From: Candidatus Eiseniibacteriota bacterium | GTDB taxonomy: Bacteria; Eisenbacteria; RBG-16-71-46 | Assembly (NCBI GenBank): GCA_041483195.1 | Contig: JBGPFC010000064.1 | Coordinates: 1 to 11,046 of the forward strand | Direction of reading: 5' to 3' | Length of the DNA: 11,046 nt | In this document: positions 6,016-11,046 of the stretch, one piece after another | How the letters are laid out: every line of letters starts with the position of its first letter | Numbering within the stretch: position 1 is the first letter of the stretch | Position numbers and translations under genes: made by a program | Notes under the pieces: generated by a model | What the model was told of the DNA's origin: nothing | The model's database searches: none | Seen by the model: only the letters and a program-made list of their open reading frames with translations

Positions 6016-8733
6016 ATGTTCGAACGCATCGCGTCTCACCTGAAGCTCGAGCCCGCCGAGTTGAGGCGCGCGATTTTGCTCGGCCTCACGCTGTCCACGC
6101 TGACGGGCTCCTACACGCTGGTGAAGACCGCGCGCGACGCGCTGTTCCTCGCGCGCATGCCGGCCACCACGCTACCGTACGTATTCCTCGGGGTCGGAGC
6201 GCTCACGCTCGCGGCGGCCTCGCTGTTCGCGCGCGCGACGCGCAACCGCGCGACCCACGAGACGCTGGCGGCGGGATCGCTCGCGGCCGCGGTGTCGCTC
6301 GCGGCGTTCGCGCTGCTGTTCCGAATCCACGCGAGCTGGGTGGCGATCGCGTTCTACCTGTGGGTGAACGTCTACGGCCTCCTGCTTTTCTCCCAGTTCT
6401 GGATCTACACCAACAGCATGAGCCATCCGCGCGAGGCGAAGCGCATCTTCGGCATCGTCGGCGTGGGAGGGATCCTGGGCGGCCTCACGGGGGGATTGCT
6501 CGCCGCGCCGCTCGCGCATGGGTTCGGAGTCACGTCGATGCTGCTGGCGGCGTCGATCCTCCTCGCGCTGGTGGCGCCCCGCGTCTACCTGGGCATGCGG
6601 CACGGCGTGCTGCCCCGGCCCGAGCCGGTGGCGGACGAGGCGACGCCGCCCCAGCACCCGCTTCACCACCGCTACGTGCGCTGGCTCGCGCTCGCCGCGC
6701 TGTGCTCGGTGATCGTCACCGGGCTGCTCGACTATCAGTTCAAGGTCGAGATCCAGCGCCGCTTCCCATCGGGCGCGGACCTGGCCTCGTTCCTCGGCCT
6801 GTTCTACACCGCGATCAACCTCGCGGCGCTCGTCGTGCAGCTGTTCGCGACGCGCTGGGCGCTGCAGGTGCTGGGCGCGGGGTGGTCGGCCGCGGTGCTC
6901 CCGGGCGGGCTCGGGCTGGGCGCCGCGATCACCATGCTGGTGCCGGGCTTCGGCGCGGTGCTGGGCTCGCGACTCTGGGACCAGGTCATGCGCCAGTCCA
7001 TCAATCGCTCATCGGTCGAGCTGTTCTACATTCCACTCGAGCCCGGGCTGCGGCGGCGCGCGCGCTCATCGATCGAGGCCGGGCTCGAGCGCGTGGGCGA
7101 CGGCCTCGCCGGCCTCCTGATCCTCGCGGCGGGCGCCGCGATGGGCGCCGGCACCTTCACGCTCGCGGCGCTGATCGCGGCGGTGGTGGTGGTGTGGATC
7201 GTCGCGTGGATGCAGGTGCGCCGCGGGTACGTCACCGAGCTGGGCCGCAATCTGCGCCGAATGAATCTCCAATCGCACCACGAGCCGGTTTCGCTGCGCG
7301 AGGCGAGCATGCTGCGCGAGATGGCGCGGCTGCTCGACAGTCCGTACGAGCGGGTGCTGATTCACGGCATGACGCTGCTGGAGGAGAACGCGCCAGACAC
7401 GCTGGCGGAGCGCGTGCCGAGCCTGCTCGCGCATCCGCGGCCGGCGGTGCGCGCGCGCGCGCTCGCGGCCGTGGCGGCGCACGGGCTGCAGGGACTCGCC
7501 GCGGAGGTGAACGCGCTGGTGACCGACCCCGATCCCGACGTGCGCATCGCGGCGCTGCGCGCGCACTGCACGCTCGGGTGCGACGATCCCGCCGGGCGCA
7601 TCGAGGAATTTCTCGCGGCGGAGGACCCGCGCCTGCGTCACGCGGCGATCCAGCTCGCTGTGGAGTTCGCGCCGGCGGGCGAGGAGCTGAAGGTGAAGGC
7701 CGTGCTCGAGAACCTGATGCGCGACGGGTCGTCCGCGGAGCGGACGGCGGTCGCCGAGGCGCTGGGGCGCCGCGCGCCGCCGAGCGTGCTGCACGATCTG
7801 CTCTCGCCGCTCCTGCGCGACGCCGACCTCGAGACCCGCTGCGCCGCGCTGCGCAGCGCGGGCCGCGCGCAACGCCGCAATCACATTCCGGCGCTGATCG
7901 AGGCGATCGGCGCGCGCCCCACCCAGCGTGCCGCCCGCCACGGGCTGGCCGGGTTCGGCGATCGCGTGGTCGGAACGCTCGGCGACTACCTGAGCGATTC
8001 GAGCGTTGCCACCGAGATCCGCCAGCGACTGCCCTACGTGCTGGGCGACATCGCGAGCCAGGAATCGCTCGCGGCGCTGCTCCGCTGCCGCGAGACCGGG
8101 GACGTGCGGCTCTGGTACCGCGTGCTCAAGGCGCAGAATCGGATGCGCGCGGCCGGCGCGCGCGTCGAGTTCCCGCGCGCGCGGGTGACCGAGGACCTGG
8201 AGCGCGACGTGCGCAGCTACCTGTTCGCGTACGTCCACTACCGCGCGTGCCCGCTCGGCGAGAAGCGCAGCGCCGAGCGATTGTTCTGCATCGCGCTCAA
8301 CGAGCGCCTCGACCAGTCGCTCAATCGCGTGTTCCGGCGTCTCGCGCTGCTCTACCGGCCGGAGAACATGCTGGCCGCCTACCAGGGCACGGTGTCGGAC
8401 CAGCCCCGGCTGCGCGGCAACGCGGTCGAGTATCTCGAGAACGCGCTCGCGCCGGACCACCGCGCGCTGGTGCTCCCGCTGGTCGCGGACGGCGGCGATC
8501 AGGCGCGGCTCGCCTTCGCGGAGGTGCGCTTCGGAATCCGCTTCACCACCTTCAACGATTCGCTCGAGGCGATCCTCGCCGGGGAGGATCAGTGGCTCCG
8601 CACCTGCGCGTTGTTCGTGGTCGGCGCGCGCAAGGAGCGCGCGCTGGCGGCGCAGGTCAAGGCCGCGGCCTCCGCGCTCGATCTGCGCGTGCGCGAGACC
8701 GCTCTCTGGGCCAGCCTCGCGATGGAGATCTGA
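6016..8733 (+). CDS. TLC/NTT-family transporter fused to C-terminal HEAT repeats, about 905 aa
   Basis: ATG 6016 (MFERIASHLKLEPAELRR) chosen because earlier starts overlap the Omp85 gene or the promoter region. The N-terminal ~410 aa has about 12 TM segments with NTT motifs YTLVKTARDALFL, SQFWIYTNSMSHPREAKRIFGIVGVGGILGG, LLDYQFK, ELFYIPL and IEAGLERVGDG. It is followed by HEAT-like repeats (LLAHPRPAVRARAL, LVTDPDPDVRIAAL, LLRDADLETRCAAL, RLRGNAVEYLEN, DQWLRTCAL, DLRVRETA). Confidence 0.9.
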   Translation: MFERIASHLKLEPAELRRAILLGLTLSTLTGSYTLVKTARDALFLARMPATTLPYVFLGVGALTLAAASLFARATRNRATHETLAAGSLAAAVSLAAFALLFRIHASWVAIAFYLWVNVYGLLLFSQFWIYTNSMSHPREAKRIFGIVGVGGILGGLTGGLLAAPLAHGFGVTSMLLAASILLALVAPRVYLGMRHGVLPRPEPVADEATPPQHPLHHRYVRWLALAALCSVIVTGLLDYQFKVEIQRRFPSGADLASFLGLFYTAINLAALVVQLFATRWALQVLGAGWSAAVLPGGLGLGAAITMLVPGFGAVLGSRLWDQVMRQSINRSSVELFYIPLEPGLRRRARSSIEAGLERVGDGLAGLLILAAGAAMGAGTFTLAALIAAVVVVWIVAWMQVRRGYVTELGRNLRRMNLQSHHEPVSLREASMLREMARLLDSPYERVLIHGMTLLEENAPDTLAERVPSLLAHPRPAVRARALAAVAAHGLQGLAAEVNALVTDPDPDVRIAALRAHCTLGCDDPAGRIEEFLAAEDPRLRHAAIQLAVEFAPAGEELKVKAVLENLMRDGSSAERTAVAEALGRRAPPSVLHDLLSPLLRDADLETRCAALRSAGRAQRRNHIPALIEAIGARPTQRAARHGLAGFGDRVVGTLGDYLSDSSVATEIRQRLPYVLGDIASQESLAALLRCRETGDVRLWYRVLKAQNRMRAAGARVEFPRARVTEDLERDVRSYLFAYVHYRACPLGEKRSAERLFCIALNERLDQSLNRVFRRLALLYRPENMLAAYQGTVSDQPRLRGNAVEYLENALAPDHRALVLPLVADGGDQARLAFAEVRFGIRFTTFNDSLEAILAGEDQWLRTCALFVVGARKERALAAQVKAAASALDLRVRETALWASLAMEI

Positions 8734-8735
8734 CC

Positions 8736-9272
8736 GTGGACGAGACCCTGACGCTCATCGAGAAGACGGCGTTTCTCAAGGGCATGGACGTGCTCGCGAG
8801 CGTACCGACCGAGGCGCTCGCCCAGCTCGCGGCGCGCGCGCGCGAGTTCCATCACGAGGCGGGCGACGTCGTGTTCGCGCAGGGCGAGGCCAATCGCGGC
8901 GCGTTCGTGATCGTCGAGGGGCTGGTCGAGCTGCGACGCGGGCGGGCGCTGGTGCGCATGTTGCGCGACGGCGACGCGTTCGGCGAGGTGTTCTCGAACG
9001 AGGGCGATCCGCACGAGTATTCGGGCATCGCATCGACCCACGCCCACGTCCTGAACGTGACGCTCGCGGAGATGTGGGACGCGATGCTCGACTTCCCGGA
9101 GTTCGCGGTGGGCATGGTGCGCTCGGTGTCGCGCCGAAATCACGAGCTCACCACGCGGCTGCTCGAGCTGGAGGGCCTGCTCGAGCGTTTCCACGCTGCG
9201 CTGAAGCAGGCCGGGATCGATCCGCCCGCGCCGCCGGTGGGCGAGTTGGCGCCTACCACGGTGAAGTTGTAG
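8736..9272 (+). CDS. Stand-alone cyclic nucleotide-binding (cNMP/Crp-type) domain protein, about 178 aa, with no HTH
   Basis: GTG at 8736, 2 nt after the upstream TGA, with GGAG at 8724-8727. Motifs LIEKTAFLKGMDVL, GDVVFAQGE, FVIVEGLV, GDAFGE. It ends in a C-terminal helix/coiled coil (RRNHELTTRLLELEGLLERF) and a Pro-rich tail. Confidence 0.88.
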   Translation: MDETLTLIEKTAFLKGMDVLASVPTEALAQLAARAREFHHEAGDVVFAQGEANRGAFVIVEGLVELRRGRALVRMLRDGDAFGEVFSNEGDPHEYSGIASTHAHVLNVTLAEMWDAMLDFPEFAVGMVRSVSRRNHELTTRLLELEGLLERFHAALKQAGIDPPAPPVGELAPTTVKL

Positions 9273-9438
9273 GGCGGGCGACGAGATCGCCGCTATCGGG
9301 AATCATCAGGATCAGAGGCTGGCGCCGAATGTGCGCACCCCTAATATGCGCCGAGGGGGGTCGATTTGAGGGCGCAGTTGTCGTTGATCTGCAATCGGTT
9401 GCGGGGTTCTAAGAGCTCCGGGCATGAGCAAAAATCAT

Positions 9439-9467
9439 TTGACCGCCAGCGCAGATCGTTGCATGTT
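9439..9467 (+). promoter_or_regulatory. Candidate sigma70-type promoter
   Basis: TTGACC (9439-9444), 17 nt, CATGTT (9462-9467), preceded by the A/T-rich tract AAAAATCAT (UP-element-like), which is unusual in this GC-rich window. Confidence 0.4.
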
Positions 9468-9739
9468 CTTGGCCCCATCTGGGCCGCACTAGCCATGTTC
9501 GGACGAGGAGAATTGCCTGCCAGGGACGGGAGCGCCGAGGCCGTTCGATTCCACGAGCGACCCCTCGGGCGAACTCGTCCACTAAGGTTCGTGTGGATCG
9601 GGTGCGTGCATCATGGGGGAAATTCGCAATCATCGTCTCTGTGCCTCGTTCAGTTGCGCCGTGGCTGGATGTGCAGCGAATCGAATGAGCTGGACTGCGA
9701 GATGATGAGACACGACCGAGTCCACATCGGAGCGCCGCA

Positions 9740-10483
9740 TTGGCAATCGAGGTCTGGTGTTGGCCGTTCGAGGAAAGAATTCGCCGGTGGTGCGGCAATG
9801 CGGGGCACGCCGGCATCCGGATCGGCCAGACCGTCTACGACTTTCACCCGGCGCGTCACGATGGCGCGAATGTTCCTGTGAAGAGCTACCAGGATGAGGT
9901 TCCGAGGCTGACGATGAGCATGGCACGAGTCCTCGAAAAAAATCCCCTAGATCCAGAGTTGAATAAGCTGATCATGCGTGGATGCGTCTTGGATCGCACT
10001 CAGCGGGACGTCGCAAACGAGATGGCCGTCCAGTTCGATGTCTACGCACAGTGTCTGCAGAATCATGTTCAATTCGACAAGAACACGGGTGTATTTAAGG
10101 AGGGTCTCTACGGCGTACTCCCGAAGCTCCACGCATACCGCGTCGAGGCCGATGTGGCGGCGGAGCAGCGGCTCACCGCTTTCATCATGACCGAACAACG
10201 ACGAGTGCCCGATTACCACATTGCGCGGCACAATTGCACTCACTTCGTCCGCCGGTCGCTCGCCGTCAGCCTGATCAAGGTCCTGGACGGGGACGGTTGG
10301 CAGCCGCGCGGGGATCACCCCGGCAATTGGCGCCCGGACAAGTTTGATGCTCTCCTCCAAGAGCACTTCGGCCCCCCGAAGGAAGTGGCCCTCGCGTTGG
10401 AATTCCAAGAGGGTACCCGCCGGGCAGGGGGCAACAGCTTCTACTGGAAGGAACTCTCACCAATTTCTGAGTTCGCCGGTTGA
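9740..10483 (+). CDS. Circularly permuted papain-like (PPPDE/LRAT/permuted NlpC-P60-type) cysteine hydrolase, 247 aa
   Basis: TTG start with GGAG (9729-9732) 7 nt upstream. N-terminal His strand 'GHAGIRIGQTVYDF' and later 'YHIARHNCTHFVRRSL' (the Y.....NC..F pattern) give the His-before-Cys order of permuted papain folds. No signal peptide. Confidence 0.7.
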   Translation: MAIEVWCWPFEERIRRWCGNAGHAGIRIGQTVYDFHPARHDGANVPVKSYQDEVPRLTMSMARVLEKNPLDPELNKLIMRGCVLDRTQRDVANEMAVQFDVYAQCLQNHVQFDKNTGVFKEGLYGVLPKLHAYRVEADVAAEQRLTAFIMTEQRRVPDYHIARHNCTHFVRRSLAVSLIKVLDGDGWQPRGDHPGNWRPDKFDALLQEHFGPPKEVALALEFQEGTRRAGGNSFYWKELSPISEFAG

Positions 10484-10508
10484 TGCAACAATGCAGGGAG
10501 GGAGAAAG

Positions 10509-10892
10509 ATGGCGCGTCACAAGCCGGCTGTAGGCGAGATCACAATCGACAAGCGGTGGCTGGAGGGGGGAAATGTCACCCTCAAGACCGTCACCATCAG
10601 TGATCGGGCTCAGATCGCTGAAATCTGCGATGTGCTCGAGGTGGGCGAAGAGGTCGTCTATCACGTCCAGCGCCCGGACACGCCCACTTACACGGTGATG
10701 GAGTTGGGTGTGGGGGGCCGGAAGGTGCGGGAGACCAGAATCATCGGCGGGGAACTGATCCTTCGCGGGGACGCCTGGTATATTCCCAGCACCCCTCGGC
10801 TCCGAGCCGTCTTGGACAAGGTCTTGCGTCGCGCGTCCGAGACGAAGCTGCACCTAGCGACCAAGATGCGGGAGCTTCGCGCCACCCACTGA
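10509..10892 (+). CDS. Hypothetical protein, 127 aa
   Basis: ATG 10509 follows a strong Shine-Dalgarno (GGAGGGAG) and lies 25 nt after the preceding stop. Globular-looking composition (MARHKPAVGEITIDKRWLE...). No family recognised. Confidence 0.7.
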   Translation: MARHKPAVGEITIDKRWLEGGNVTLKTVTISDRAQIAEICDVLEVGEEVVYHVQRPDTPTYTVMELGVGGRKVRETRIIGGELILRGDAWYIPSTPRLRAVLDKVLRRASETKLHLATKMRELRATH

Positions 10893-10906
10893 CTACCGGG
10901 GTGTGG

Positions 10907-10925
10907 CTAGGAGCCTGTCCGAGTA
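10907..10925. mobile_element. Possible terminal inverted repeat of an IS or MITE next to a CTAG target
   Basis: CTAG followed by GAGCCTGTCCGAGTA resembles, from memory, ends of IS5/IS1182-type elements and derived MITEs. No transposase or partner end is visible in the window. Confidence 0.35.
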
Positions 10926-11046
10926 TTCGCAACGTCGGCGCGCATGATCCGAGATCCTGGGTGGTGCGCGTCGATCGTCGTTTCGGCCGGCCTGCGAAGG
11001 GATCCGCGACGCCCTCGGCGGCGGTCGACCTCGCCCCGGGCCACGG

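Noticed and set aside
4667..9194. Antisense or off-frame ORFs 4667..5857 +, 7066..8460 -, 8589..9194 -, and the first 792 codons of 6360..9272 +
   Set aside because: Shadow frames of the Omp85, NTT-HEAT and cNMP genes. Only 8736..9272 of the last ORF looks like a real protein.
9373..9403. Imperfect palindrome CGCAGTTGTCGTTG-ATCTG-CAATCGGTTGCG near the islet's left edge
   Set aside because: Too degenerate and single-copy in the window to call a binding or recombination site.
9543..9552. GTTCGATTCC, resembling a tRNA T-loop
   Set aside because: The flanks do not form a T-stem, and no acceptor, D or anticodon arms can be built, so it is not a tRNA or att remnant that I can support.
9366..9926. 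ORFs 9366..9881 +, 9409..9816 -, 9630..9926 - and 9650..9859 -
   Set aside because: No Shine-Dalgarno or recognisable motifs, and they overlap the better-supported 9740..10483 gene.
1..11046. CRISPR arrays, tandem repeat arrays, rRNA or tRNA genes, integrase or transposase genes
   Set aside because: None seen by eye.

Overview
High-GC bacterial window. The C-terminal sorting domain on the first gene suggests an FCB-superphylum lineage such as Ca. Eisenbacteria or Latescibacteria (inference). It opens with the 3' end of a secreted Ig-domain protein gene (<2..511, +). The core is a divergent six-gene locus. On the minus strand, four genes are joined by three 4-nt start/stop overlaps: a POTRA-less Omp85-like outer-membrane barrel (4526..5908), a signal-peptide-bearing HipA/PI3K-PI4K-like atypical kinase (3210..4529), a lipoprotein calcineurin-like metallophosphoesterase (1891..3213) and a TLC/NTT (ATP/ADP translocase family) transporter (539..1894). 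On the plus strand are an NTT-HEAT repeat fusion (6016..8733) and a stand-alone cNMP-binding-domain protein (8736..9272). The 107-bp spacer holds candidate back-to-back promoters and a palindrome. Best hypothesis: an extracytoplasmic phosphorylation system in which nucleotide translocases supply ATP to an exported kinase, paired with an exported phosphatase and an outer-membrane barrel. After 9272 a lower-GC segment carries a structured non-coding stretch, a permuted papain-like cysteine hydrolase (9740..10483), a small hypothetical gene (10509..10892) and a possible IS/MITE end at about 10907. All family calls come from motifs read by eye; no searches were run.
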